A stretch of 64,000 bases of DNA from NCBI GenBank assembly GCA_001949185.1, contig BDGG01000016.1, positions 558,001 to 622,000 of the forward strand, read 5' to 3'. Below the pieces are notes generated by a model, which worked only from the letters and a program-made list of their open reading frames with translations, was not told the origin of the DNA and searched no databases. This document shows positions 26,901 to 40,792 of this stretch, piece by piece. The stretch is from Ramazzottius varieornatus. Taxonomy: Eukaryota; Animalia; Tardigrada. Made by a program: the position numbers and the translations under genes. The first letter of the stretch is position 1. Every line of letters starts with the position of its first letter.

Positions 26901-27872
26901 TCGCGAGGAACCAACGAACGAAAATTACCAAAAGCAAAGGCAAAGATTTCTTCGCATCATACAAACAAAGGCAAATAAAAACTAAAGAATTGACAAGCTA
27001 TGTGTCTAAGTCGTATAAAAGTATAAGAATAATTCCGATATCAAGAGAATAAAACCGAACATCGGCTCTAATATCCGTCATCAGCATCGACATGACTCGT
27101 GTGTGCAATTAGCGGCAGCAAAGAGAGAAAAACAAAAGCTAAAGAAGAGCGAAGACTAGTATCCAAGTGACCAAAACAGTCTAAGATGATGTGAGCGATG
27201 ACCATGTGAAGAAATGTCCAAAAATGAAAATGAAAAAACCCCGCGAGAAATTGGTCAAACTTAACCAACGATTTCCATTCTTCCATCTTCTAGGTAGAAA
27301 ATTAATAATTAAGAAAAGAAGAAAACTATGGTATGGACTGTGATCTGTTCGAATAACTTTAGGGGCGACTAAACACATATCACCGGAAGGCAGAGAAAAT
27401 GGGCTCTGTAACGGTCGGAATGACGTCCGATTCTCTCTTCCGGTATCTCTGTCTCTTTGTGGATCAACTAGGCTTTGCTTATCGAGTCAAGGAACGCGGA
27501 CAATCTCTCTTCTCCCACTCGTACAACTATTATTATCATTATCCTACAAAAAGATCAATTCCATCACGGCATTCCCGCCGACTTCCTCCTTCTTCACATA
27601 TCGTCCAGGCCATTGTGGACAACCGACGAAGTGGGCCACCATTGATCAGAAGGATCCATCGCTTCCTCGAAATCCTTGTACAAACTCGAAGCGCTAATAC
27701 TGGGGACTACAAAAGCAAAAACAGGCACAAATTAGCTACTGGCCATACTGACCAGATCAGGAGGGGGCTGAAAACACACTTCCACATAGCACTGAGTAGG
27801 ACCAAACTCGCACACGGAAACGAATATGACTCAATCAAGAAGGTACGCCAATCAACCACCCCGTAACGAAAA

Positions 27873-29005
27873 TCAAGCGCAATGCAAATCAACCGAGTAG
27901 GACAAGTGAAAGCCTACTGAACCGACAGGACAAACAAGTGAGTAGGACAAGGTCGCCCGTTGGGCACCCAACACGCAAATAAACAGAAGAGGGTAAACTT
28001 ACGTGATCCGTAGGTTTCATCAGGCCAGAACACGTGTCCGGACTTTGGCGAGACTGAAGCGGGACTAGTTGAGTAGGGAGAGCTGGAGAAGCTGGCCAGG
28101 CTATTTCCGCAGCTGCCCATGTCGAAACTTTGGTCAGAAATGGAGGTGAAGTCTTCGGGCACGGCCTGGAAGGCACACAGAGAAATTGAACGGGTCCGTG
28201 CCGCTGCTGCAGCTACTAATGAGGCACTGGACAGTGGCGAAGTGGATGGGCTCTTGACAACGTCAGCCGTGAAGCGCACCTGACTCAGCTTGGACGTCAC
28301 CTGCTCGACGAGATTCTGTTGCTGGGTGGCCTGCGCCGACTCGTCGGGGTAGTGGACGAAGTGGCAGCGTGGGCCGTAGGCACACAATCCCGTCGCGTGG
28401 AAGGACCTGCACTTCTCCGTCTTGTACTTGGGATGACGGTTGACCGTTCGCAGATCCCAAGTCCCGTGAGCAAACTGGCACTTCTCTCCATATTTACAAT
28501 GACCAGCTTCCAGGAAGGCACGACACAGCTCGGTCTTGTAGCGGTTGGGCGATTGTTGAGCCTGATTCTCCTGCTGCTGCTCTTTCAACAGCTCCCGTGG
28601 GCCTTTGGAGTCGCTGCGCGATCGCTCAACTTTACGATGCGTCGTGGGAGAGCTGCCGGCGGTGCTGATGGCACACGAGCTGACGCCGCTGCTGCATTGC
28701 TCGGTGAAGTCATCCGACTCGTAAAAGACGTCGTTTAGACTGCGTTGCGGGAAGTTGTTGGAAGAGTGGGACCCAAAAGGCTTGCGCGAGTTGACGTTGG
28801 TGCGTTGAGGCTGAGCGGGAGATGTAGCGACGGAGTGACGGCGGGGCGAAGCGGCAGCCAAGAGAGCGAGGTTTTGGCCGTACTGCTCGCCAGCGGTCAG
28901 TGGTGACCCGTAGTGGTCGCCATGGAGCGTTGTGGCGTGGCTGCCGCCAGACAGGGTGGCGCGTGTGGTCGCAGGCGGCGCGTAGCGGGGTGACGGCTGA
29001 TGCAT
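27873..29005 (-). CDS. Tis11: Tis11/ZFP36 (tristetraprolin family) tandem CCCH zinc-finger mRNA decay activator
   Basis: RYKTELC-x8-C-x5-C-x3-H, an 18-residue linker, then KYKTEKC-x8-C-x5-C-x3-H. The C-terminus is either unspliced (stop 27914) or spliced at 28003 (stop 27873). An upstream donor lies at ~29283. Confidence 0.95.
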
Positions 29006-32000
29006 GGCAGGCGGCTGCGGCGACTTCTGTCAAACATACAAAGGAAAAGACGGCTTCGTTAGATGCACGGCTACTCATTGACACAGTTCCATCCAAACAC
29101 ACTTGAGCTTCCCACGCTGGCTTCCGGAAATATCCCAAACTTTAGAATACGCGCTTCACCCTTGGCATTGGGCCAAAAGGCGTAGGAACAACGCATGCAC
29201 ACCACAACAATGGCATAAGAAGTGAAGTTTAATTGTTATATTAAGTCACACCATCGCCTCTTGCAAAAGACAATGGGACTTACATCAGCTGTGGTTGAGT
29301 GGTGAAATCCCAAGCGCGCGTAGCGAAGATATTATTCCGCAGTTACTTCCGGTTGAGGATATTCCGCACCAGCATTAGAAGTGAAAGAAGAAAATCTCCG
29401 GAAAAATGACAGCACAATGGGGGGAGCATCAACACGTCGCGTCAAGGGCCGAGGAAAAAATAACAAGCAACATGGAAACATGAAACGCAACATTTGAGTC
29501 TTTTGGAGAAAAGAACAACCAGAATGCGATATCTTGGCCGGGGCTCACTGGAAAATGAACGCAATGGAGTGCCGGCAGGGAATAGCGTAAGCGGAGAAAA
29601 TTGAAGGCTCAGCTGTCGTTGTACAATACGTGCAAGTGGAGGGGGTGGAGCCGGCGAACGAGGGTCCTTGGTGATGATTGGCTCGGCGCAGAGTGAAATT
29701 GGTTACACTCCTTCACCCATAGCCAGTCACAAAAGCCTTCTTTGTTTCTGCCTGAAGCCCTGCTTCTTGTCACGATGTATGAGTAATATGGTGTATGACT
29801 ACCACTGCTCAGTGCTTACTAAGAAGCGATGGCGTCATCCACTAGCTATTATGCCCACTCTCTTTAATGTTGGCCCTCTTCAGACAATTATGCGCTCTTT
29901 GTTTGATTTTTGCGTAATCTCGTTAACAAGGCTCACACCAGAGCCACCACAAAGAAAATAATGAATTATTGGGGTAATGTTTTAGCGGTGATAAGGTTAT
30001 GTACTTTGACGGAATTTGTTGGAACAGCGCACTGGGGTAGACTACGAAGAAAATGTATCGATGGGCGTCTTGCTGGTGGGAGTTTTCTGACGAATTTGTC
30101 ATACTGGATTCTTAATGGTGCTTGCTCATGACGATAACTGCGGCTTTGGTACGGTGAATGCATAAATGAAAAAGTAGTCTAACTTCTCTTTGATTTATTA
30201 AGGTAAAAAAATATATTACGTGTAAAAATGATGAAAATCAAAAATGGCCGCTGGGTCCCTAGCCTGTACTGATCGCACTGCGCCACCGATAACGACGCGT
30301 AGATTTTCAACGCAAGATTTCTGCGCCTGCTGAAATGTCCAATGTCCGATTACCTGCTATGTATAGAGTGTACGAAATACACCGATGTGACCGATATGAC
30401 TTTTTGTCACTAAGAATAATATGAGGGTTGCTAGTAGCTGCAAGATATGACACTTTAGCGCGTCGACGTGACATGCAACGAGGAGATTGAGCCCAGATTG
30501 CCATGGGTGATTGAAAGAAGGCCCTGCTTAACAAGGTTTGTTGCAAGTTAAATGCACTCTTGACGCTTTGTCTTCTTCGGTCTCTCCCTCCTTTTGACTT
30601 GGACTTTCCTTCGAAGGCACGCAGGAAGTCCTCACGACGAACTGTCTGATCGATGGCCCCGCGCTTGATGCTCGGAAAGCCCAACGTGACACGCGCACTT
30701 CTTGCGATGGCGACAAGGGATAAGATAGAGTTTTTTACGGTCCAGATGAGAGATAAACGACGTAAACTGCAGATTGCAATAACGTGGGTTCTTGCCATCA
30801 AATTGAAACAGCGAACCCAGCGCGGCGAGATCGACCGCTCGAACCCAACTGGGCGAATTTTTTGAAGAGGCTGGGACCTTAGTTCTTGCCCCCCGACATT
30901 CCGCGGATCTGGTCATCATTGGTTTTCCTCCACCACATGTAACGTAAAACCGGTTTATTAGCTCATCGCGGGCTGCTTACGTATGCATAGTGTTTCGTAA
31001 AAAGAACTGCTGTGGTACGAGTGTGTGTGTGTAGACTTGGGCACATAAGAGATGGAACATGGTGGTGGATGGGAGGCTAACTGGGTAATTGAACATAACA
31101 ACTTTTGCCTAGGCGCTTCGAGTCGCCAGATCAATTACGTCGTAGCCAAGCAGAAAAAATTACGGCTTTGCCTTTTTTCGCTCCACTTATGCATTTCGGT
31201 GTTGGCAAGAGTGTCGTCGTTACAGCGTAACGTTACAGCCATCTTTCTTTGCTTCATTTCAGTCTCGCACTGTTGTTTCCTTCCAAGTTTTCAAGAACCT
31301 TCAGTACAGCACATGTGTTTTCTCGAAAAATTTCTCACTTGATATTCAACTAGACGGAACGTGGTCATGCCGCGCAAATATCGCGCTGAGTAAGCAAGAT
31401 TAATCAGAAAGAGATTCGCACTTTGTGTCTATATACCCAGTTCGACCCATCATTCAACTTTTCCTTGACATGATAGGGGCATCTTTGTGGAGGGAAACCG
31501 TGCCGGCTGTTGATGACAGCGCCACCGCGTAATTTACAGCGGAGCGTATTGTATAGCGAGCTTAGGTTTATTACCGGCAATCGCAACTCCAAAGGTGGTA
31601 AAGATTACGTTGTATCAAAAGATTTTCTGCGTGTAAAATCGTATTCGCAGAAAATTTTAGCACAGTGATGCTAAAAGTGTCAAGGTCATAAACAGGTCGG
31701 TCGAACGGAAACTACCGCAAGGCACCAATACGGTTTCTAGATTGTCGACGTAAATAAATAGCTCCAGGACGCTCTTCACGCGCCAACGAAACGTGTTTTG
31801 TTCCGCTGCGCATCATAACTAATTTTTGGCACCACGAAATTATTGACGCAAGCTTTTGCTGCATTACGCAGCGCTGGAAACAGCGAAAAACGAGGCCTTG
31901 TCACTCAAAACTTCAAAAGTTGTGTTAATACTAACTGCGCACCCAGTAATTAACTTTCGAATATTGTAGTCTGAATGAATAAAGAATTTCCATTGAATAT

Positions 32001-34159
32001 TACATCGACCGAGATATGGTTATAATTCATTTATAAATAGTTGTATACAACGAGGCTGATGGAAGATTTTCTTGCGGTCTCCCAAAATAAGTCAACCAAG
32101 ATAAGCCTATTAAGGACGAAACTACGCACTGGGAAAACAGTAAAGAATCAAGGCTAAATCAGCTGTCAAAATTCGATACATATAAAATTATTCTAAATGG
32201 AATTTCAATCGCTTTGCATGCTTATTACAACCTACTGAACCTAGCTGCAATTAACTGAGGCAGGTTGGCGCTAAATTTGCGATTGAAGTCGGCATTGACT
32301 GATCTAGTCCCATCCGGTGCCCAGCATCCAGGGAACCCGAGCCACCTGAAAATGGAAACGTGTTTCATCACGGAAGGGATGAAGAGGGGCTCTCGATCAG
32401 GAGGTCTACCGATTGATTTCTCTGACATGACCATTGCTTTGCTTGAGCTCGTATACTTGGTATCATCTGAATTATTGGTGAGTGTTTACGGTTAGACGGT
32501 CAAAAGTCTTGTCAAATTCTACCACGAAACGTGCACATCAGTATACCTCCTTTGTTATCAGCCTGTTTGCTTTGACTCCAGGGTCCACGCGACCATTAAT
32601 ATTGATGCGCCCTGGTAAACGTTCGGCATTTTGAACTGTTTTGACGATGAAAGCATAAATGACTTTTTGAAGCTCAGGCTTAGCTAACCCACGCATTCTG
32701 GGCAGGACGCTATGCGCGATGATCACATGGGTAACGTGATTTGCAAATATGGCACGCGATGAGCATTCTGAAAGGCCTCATTTTGCCTTGTATACTTTAT
32801 CCCGCGTAAGTATTTAATTGAATAAACGGCCACAATTGACGCTCCACAAAGACCCAGGAATCCAGGCATCGGAGACCTCGAGGGACCTCCGCGCAGGAGA
32901 GCGATAGAACAAGAGAGAAAAGAACGCTCTCTGCCTTTTCTCTACGGAATTGTCCATGCCTTGGCTTTGCCCAGAAGTTTCCCCAGGCTATATTGTAGTA
33001 AAATGCCAAAAACTGTTTTGTTTGTCGGAGCTCTTGCGCCACAATCTGCGCTTCCGGATATCATCCACTGGTTTCGGAAGTGTTAGCGAGGTTTCAGCGA
33101 AACAGGGAGCCAAATGACTCAAAATGCCGTGGACTGGCAGTTTGATCAAGCGCACTCACACAAGGTTTGTTCAAGGGCTCAACTTCCTCCTCAAGCTTCT
33201 AACGAAGGAGCCTCAGGCGGAGGAGTAGTCAGGTGAATGGATTTTACGCCCTTGACTTGCTCTCGAACGGCTTTGGGGATCTTCCAATCTTCGCAGGAGG
33301 AAGGATCTGACTGTACTCATGCATGGTAATGAATTTCCAGAAAGGTGCTTCAAGCATGGCATGTGCAAGCGAATAATCCCCGTTTATGGTCTTCCAAAGC
33401 AGCGACGCAACACTGGAGTACGATTTCGCTGTGAATTTTTTTCGGTCATCAGAGTACCAAGATAGATCACGTAGTGCCAGTGAGAGAAAAGTGATTTATG
33501 ATCAGGAGGCGTATCGCTGGTTACGTGACAGTCATATTGTTTCCTGGATCATTGTTAGACAGCAGCAACCACGGTTATTTCGGTTCTGCCTTCCGGGCCC
33601 GAAAAAAACAACACAAGGTGGATGGGTAACCATGTGTGACAACTTCCTGTTGTGCTTCGACGTGAGTTATCATTAGCTGTCTAAATTTTCCCTCTTGACA
33701 GAGGCAACTCGACTTTTATCTCTTCGTATTCATATTTTTGTCACACAAGGCAACTTAAAGCTTAGAAATGGTCGGCCATAAAATACCGAATTACCCAGTT
33801 GTACGATCACGATCATTCATGAGATTCCTACTCCGTGTGTGCCCCACTTCAAGAGGAGGACAGGCACATGACATCGATGCCCACATCCTCATTGAAAATG
33901 ATGCCCTCCGAGAATTAATCTCACTCACTTCCTCCATAAAACTTTCTAATCAGAGGAAAATGACAGGTCTGTGTGACAGCGATCCCGTGATCAGGCGTAG
34001 CAGAAGGTAACGCAGTCCGGATCGAACGGAAGCCCGATGCTGCGTGACATGATATAACTCCTGCCCCTTGGTATGACAAGGACTCCAGTGGCCCATTCAA
34101 ACTGCAACAGAGGAAGTACTAATCGTAAATCGTGTCCCAAGACTACCGCGGGGGCAAAC

Positions 34160-34245
34160 AGAAAAGACTTCATCTGCGAGGTCTGTGGCGAAAATTAGAC
34201 TTCACGAAATGCTTTAGGCAGCTTCCTGTTGACCATTGTACACGT
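34160..34245 (+). pseudogene. Possible decayed C2H2 zinc finger
   Basis: KDFICEVCGEN*TSRNALGSFLLTIVH; has an in-frame stop and lacks the first His. Confidence 0.3.
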
Positions 34246-34440
34246 CCGCGCTAATCTGGAACGAACCTGAACAGAAACGATCCTTTTGTTCACAGCTACC
34301 TCAAGTCGAATGATTGACGCCTAGCACTTGATTGAGCCTACTCTTGCTGAGCAGAAAACAGACGTTTTTGTTTCATCGGCGCAATTGGGCAGAAACGTCG
34401 TTTCTTCCTGTTAGCGAGCTGTGTATGCTGACGAAGAAAA

Positions 34441-37400
34441 ATGTCAGAAGCATCGGCACATCCAGAGATATCGAAGCTATGTCTGCTGGAAGCGTTTGGG
34501 GACGTTTACATGCTGCAAGGCCGGAATCAGCTGAAACAGCTGCGATCGAGTTTGCAGATGAAGAAAGTCGCCTTCGCCAGCCAAAGTCGAGATGTTCTGT
34601 ACGCCATAGGATCCGACTTGAAGGTAAGCGTCAAAACAAAACGATGATGTTGTGCAAGGGGACAGTCTATTGAAATATTCTATTGCAGGCTTACGTTTGG
34701 GTTTCGCAGCCCGAAGTCCCGATACGACAGGTGGTTGCCATCTACGAAAACCAACGCTGGACACCTACACGAGGCTTTTCCGATTCTCTTCTCCCGACTG
34801 ACCGGTGAGTACGGTCTTTGCGTATCCTCCAATCCGACAACCTTGTTCTGGATGTTGGTTCGATGGGTGAATGATCGATAATGGAAGATTGTTGAATACT
34901 TCATCTCGGTGAGTGACGTCATGATCGTTAGAAACACGTCACGTAGTTTTTGTTGTTCTTTAACTGCCGCTCGCAGTGACATCATGCGCACCTTTACTGG
35001 ATGAACGAGACCGGAAGTACCTTATTACGCTCTCCGCAATGCCACGAACGCTGTATTTCTTTCTGTTATCAGATACGCCTGGTCGGATGAATCAGGACGA
35101 CTGCATAGGACTAAAGACACAGCTGGCCTGCCTTCAGATTATTGGAGGTTCGAAAGGAACGTTTGGGAGATCGACGAGAGTTTCAACGGTCAACTCCTGG
35201 GGCCGGAAGTGCGTTGGACATTAGCCGTTCTGACTTTACACAACAGTCTTCCGGTAGCTTTTGGCTTTTCTATGATGCGTTCTTATTGAGACTCTCTTTG
35301 CAGGGATGGAATTATGCTATTGACTTCCCAGCGACTTACACACCCGAAAAGAGATGGAACTCGATGGTTCGACGACGCCGATGGCTCCGCAGCTGTCGCT
35401 ACTACGGCACAGAGCTGTGGGCGCCTCTCGTTGTCGGCGACCCAGCTGAACGTGGTCTGTCCTTCATCGATATCAGCGCCGGTGGTTGTGATGTATCGTT
35501 CCCTGACGGCCACAGTCAGCTTTTGGTTTGGGCAGTGTCCACCGACGGCGACATTTTCATTCGTACCCTGTGCAATCGATCCTCTGCGTATCACGGATCT
35601 TCGTGGATGATGGTAAACCTTCCTGACAAAGTTGAAGTCAGTCAAGTATCGTGCAGCCCAGCGGAAGGCGTATGGGCTGTCACCGCGACTGGCTGGGCTT
35701 TAGTCCGAACAGGTATAATATTGCAGGAGAAAAGAAGGGTGTTCGGCAAACGAAACCCACAAAATCGTCATCTCCAGCGGCGCACGTATTCATTGCTGTA
35801 AGCTGAAAGAGTGCGCCACTTGGGATAACCATCCTGTATGTTTCGTTTGCCGCGATAGAACAGTCAAGTAAAATTCCGAAGTTTGCTTCCGTTTTAGGGA
35901 TTAGTCGGGATAACCAATATGGTACCGGGTGGGCGATGGTCGAGCCTCCACTCAACGGACTCATCACCTTGACGCAGGTTGCAGTAGGTCCTACTTCCGT
36001 GTGGGCGCTGGGGAAGGGTGGCTCGGTGTGGTTCAGACAGGGAGTGAAGAAGGAAGTGCCGACTGGGGTAGCGTGGGTGGATATTGAGTGGTTGAGCTGC
36101 TCGGCCATCACGGTCAGCAGGAACGGTGAGGTCTTTGCGTTGGGTACGGAAGACAGGCAGGTGTACTGGCGAACCGGGGTGGGCCTGGCGGAACCTCATG
36201 GAAGAAAGTGGCGGATGATGGGCTTCAAGTCGCCAGTTCACCTCCCGAACGAACCATCAAGGTAAAGAAGTCTATCATCAAGGCGATGAGGCAAACGAAA
36301 AGGCGGAACGAAGTTGGAATGTGGTAGAATTAAGTGTGATAACCAAGTAAGAATGTTCCACTTGACTAATATTCTAACACGAGGAAAAAGAACAATAGTA
36401 GGAGATCAATCACGTAGAAAAACGGCGGAAATGAAAAAGGTGAAGATGTTCAGAGAACGAATAACCGACATACAGGGTGATCACGCCAAGTGACTACCAC
36501 CTTGTTATCTTCACGGCTCTGTCAAATGAGTGTGTGTTCATCCTCATTACTATTTCTCTTTGATTAAGCACTACTTTTTCCACCTTTCGAAAATAACTTG
36601 CACTGTAAAAATGTTTCTGGGAAGTCTAAGCTCGACCGGAGACTGGGGAAGGTGCATGGAGGAAGCTGCTCCGGAGCGAACTTTTCGCTCCTTCTTACTC
36701 CGCAAAAAATTCGTATCTCACTCGTTAACGCCTTGGCATTCAAACTGCCCGTTGGAAGTTGTTCAACTGTAGTTTAGCTAGCGAAAAAACTATGCTGTGT
36801 CATCGTACCGCGCGTTGATCGAATGATACAACAAACTCAATAAAATCGTGGCGAAATATAGGGCGGACGACAGAAAGCAAAGGTTCTCGAAATGGTTTCG
36901 ATCTTTTATCGACTAACAGAATCACGAAACGGTAGGTGACTTCATGGGCTATACGAGACGAGAACTTTTCTGAATACATCGAGCGGAGCTCAATCGCAAA
37001 AACACTTTCCGGAAAAACCGAGTTTGCCTGAACCAACAACTTTTTCAGCTTTTGAAGAAATTTTAAATTTTTTTTATCAAACTCTCTGAAGAAAGCTCGC
37101 GGTGTCAGTAGAAACAGTAGTTGATACGAAGACTGAGCTACATGGGCAGTTATAGTAAGTCTAATTTCTTGGTTTGGAGCCAAAGTTACGATTTTTGTAA
37201 CGAGGAGTGGTTTCCCGGCAAACCAGCGAAATCGGCGGTTTTAACTCTTTTGTAAGGCTTGTTTCGCACTCCTACGATCTATCTCAACTTTCGGAAACAA
37301 CCTAAATTGTTGGAAGTCTGTCAAAGGCAAATTGAGGTTGATTACCTACACACGGGGGTCCAGAGACCCCGTTTTGTTCATGCTGAAAAGTATTCCCCAC

Positions 37401-40189
37401 CGGAAGTCATCTTGACCACCTTTTCCAACCGAAGACTCGATGTATGCGAATAGGCTATGTTTGTACGAAAGGATCGTAAAAAGTTGTCCAAATTGTCTTA
37501 AGGAACGAGACGAGAACAAAAAATCTGAATTTCTTCTATGCCAAAGTTTCAGGTGGTAGTCACTTGGCGTGATCACCCTGTAATTAACTGCCTTTAATTA
37601 TGTCAGTTCGTGAAGTCGAGATCGAAAAATTGTAAATGGAGGAAACGCTCAAATGTTTTTGATTGTTAGGATTTTGAACTGGTCGTTCATCAACGCGACC
37701 GCCGGTTTCCTTGATCCTCGAAGTTCGACATGGGAAGAGACCGAAGAGTGGAAGGACGACATCGTCGAGCAGCTCTCCCACCGTTTCGAAAAAGAAATGA
37801 AGAACTTTTCGAGTCTTCCCTCTACCGTAGAGCGGGATGACTGGAACGCTGTAGCCGACCTCCGAGTCTGGTCCGCCAAGCATTCCCAGTGGGAAGATTG
37901 TACCATCGAACTCGCTGCCTCCGAATTCAATCAAACAAAGTTTCTGATTGACAGCAAGCATACAAAAGAGTCCATTCTGACGTCGGACTTGGCAGCGGTC
38001 CAGTTGCATGAGCATCCAGCGGGCCTGCAAGAACTGTGGGTATATACCGCGGTGAGATCTGGAACGCAGTCGCCGATAAGGTTGACGGGATCGCGAAGTG
38101 TGGTGGAACACTGGTACACGATCCTGTCAGAAGGCTTTCGAGAGGTGAACGGTGTGAAGGGGTTAAAGAAGGAGGATGCGGTATGGGTATTGAGTTCTAC
38201 GGGATGTCCGTTGGTCAGCTGCAATGACGTCACGTCGAAGAACTCATTGGAAGGTAAGTTGGAAAAGTATAAGTTTGGCATCTCAAGCGGCGCCGGTCTA
38301 CATTGTTACTAGCATTAAATGAACGCGTGCACCGCTTCAGGCAACGATCTTTTACGTTGCGTTTGCCGGCTTCCCAATTATTACTCACGGGAATTGTAGC
38401 AATGTATGTATCTTTTGAGAATATGCAATTGTAGAAATACGAGCCGTTGGTTTTTGATTAAAATGCTGACCGAATAAAATTGGAAATTATAGGATGAAGA
38501 AGGTGTTCTTCTGCAGGTGTGAAATGGGTGACGTTGAGTGGGCATTTGGACAAGGTCGAGTCCGCTTCGGGCATCACTTGGGCTCTCGGGTATGATCGGT
38601 CCATTTGGATCTGGACGGGTTCGTACAAAGGTAAATTGGGAACAGAAAAGCGCGTACAGAATGATACGCATGGAGTGGAGACCTACGAGAACCAACGATG
38701 GAACCCTGTTGGGGGCTTCACGTCCCACCTGTTGCTGCCTACTGACCGCCATGCCTGGTCAGATGAAAGCGGAAGGGTTCAATTAAATAAGGATGGGTTT
38801 AACCTTCCTTCCGTTGCGTGGAAATGGGATACCGACTGGCAGGTATACGAGACTTTCACCAAGACAAAAACCGCCGATAATTGGGACGTCGACAAATGAA
38901 TTCAAAATCGTCGTTTTTTTTCAGTGGCATATGTTTGGAGCCATTAATAATAGAAGTATGCGCCACTTGAGACAAAGATTGTATTCAGTTCACTTTCCGA
39001 CGTCCCGATCGTTAATTTTGAAACCCAGTGCGAAATCAAAGGATGGATTTCGATAGGTTGACTACGACAATGCGGACAAGAAAGGCTGGCAGTACGCTTT
39101 CGACTTTCCCTTCGCCTACCATCCCCACAAGGCCATGAACGACTGCGTGAGAAGGCGACGCTGGTTTCGAACAATGAAAGTGGAGCTGTCAGCACCGTGG
39201 CTTCCGGGTCCAGCCACCAAGCTCAGGACCCTGTCGATCTGTCCCGAAGTGAAGAATGGGGACATCATACCGGTATGGGGTGTCATGATGGACGGTAGTG
39301 CCGTGTTGAGGGATAGAGTAACAAGGGACAGTCCACAAGGTGATACGTGGATCTCCGTAAAGAGCCCGACGGCTTTCGTGGATGTGTCCGTCGGGCCGCA
39401 CTGCGTGTGGGCCGCTGCTGTGGATGGCACGGCCTATGTGAGGAATGGCACGAAGGAGAAAATGGACGGACTGTACTGGTTCCAGGTAAGGCACCCCTGT
39501 TTAAGGCTGTTTTTCAGCGAACACGTCTTGTGAAGAACTCAGGTCGATAGCTCGCGTAGGACGCCAGCAAAATTACTGAAATTTCACCCAGCTCGTCATC
39601 TCACGTGACGCAAGTTTTCGCTGTTATTGACTGTCAGCGTGCGCCGCTTGTGGAAACTGTCCTGCCGGGTTTGGTCAAAACAACTTCTCGAGTGGCGCAA
39701 GCTGTCACTGTGGTTGGCCGACAGTGTGCGCCACTTGGTAATTGAATCTTGTTGAATTTATTTGCCGACATCCGAAATCTGAATATAAAAAGTTCGTACT
39801 GAACAGTCACACAGTATGGTTTGTTTGCTTTGTAGGTGGAGAAGCCGCCCAATGGTGCAAGTATCGTCCAGGTCACCGTCGGGCACTCAGCGGTATGGGC
39901 CTTATGTCAGGACCACACGTTGTGGTTCCGCAAAGACTACAGCGCGTCTTTCCCTGAAGGAACTGAATGGATGTGCGTGTCCGACGACGTCTTTCAGATT
40001 TCGGCCAATGCGGCGGACCAGCTGTACGCCATTGGTCTCTCCCCTGAATCAGGCTCCATGAAGACGCTGGCGCGACGAACTGGCGTCGTGCCCGGCTCGA
40101 CTATTGTGTCGGACCTGATGGGCAATGGATGGGACTTTGGCATCCTGGCTGAACATGTCTCGTCGCGGGGCATTGTCCTTGATGCCTAG
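34441..40189 (+). CDS. TECPR1: Tectonin beta-propeller repeat-containing protein 1; exons 34441-34623, 34689-34804, 35073-35208, 35304-35712, 35898-36261, 37670-38253, 38517-38842, 39057-39485, 39836-40189
   Basis: Two DysF domains (YENQRW...F...LLPTDR..WSDESG...GW.YA.DFP...VRRRRW), tectonin repeats, the ATG5-binding motif W-x3-I-x3-L-x2-R-x3-E (WKDDIVEQLSHRFEKE) and a PH-like segment. Confidence 0.93.
36473..37580. mobile_element. Non-autonomous Tc1/mariner-type element, 1108 bp, in a TECPR1 intron
   Basis: Perfect 30-bp TIRs cagggtgatcacgccaagtgactaccacct, TA on both sides, no transposase ORF. Confidence 0.92.
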
Positions 40190-40792
40190 AATAGAATTAG
40201 CGATCCGAAAAGCTTATGTGATTCAGATTTTAGTGTATATTTGAAAATTTCTTGATGGTATCATGATGCTAATTTGAAAATATGCCTGCGCCGTCCACGC
40301 TAAGGGCAGGCCTCTGTCTACCGACGATGCTATTCCGGGCTTAGGACATCCACCTTCCTGTGATTTTCCTGCTGTAGCCTTCCGTTCGTTCCTTTGAGGA
40401 TTTTCCGGTGTGAGTTTTCGGGGATCAGGTTGCCTAGTTTTTTTCTCTGTTACATGTAGTTTCATACAACTTCGGTGAGTAAAATGTGTAAGCGCACTAG
40501 CAAAAAACGGTGGCGCTGTAAGAAAAATTGTAACCGGAAATATCACCACAAAACAAACATTCAACCGGTAAAACCTGTGGAAAATTAAGAAAATGAATAA
40601 CGCGCTCATCCATTGCAGAATCCTTCAGGACTCTGATCGGATAACTTCGGCATCATACATTGTATGGAAAACATCGGTAAATTTGTAAAAAAAGAGGAAA
40701 TTTGTACAAAGAGCTAAAAAGAGCTGGGATTTCAAACGGACGTCTTGAATGTACAACTGGAAAATTAATAAACTCGGCATGGCGGGAATGTG

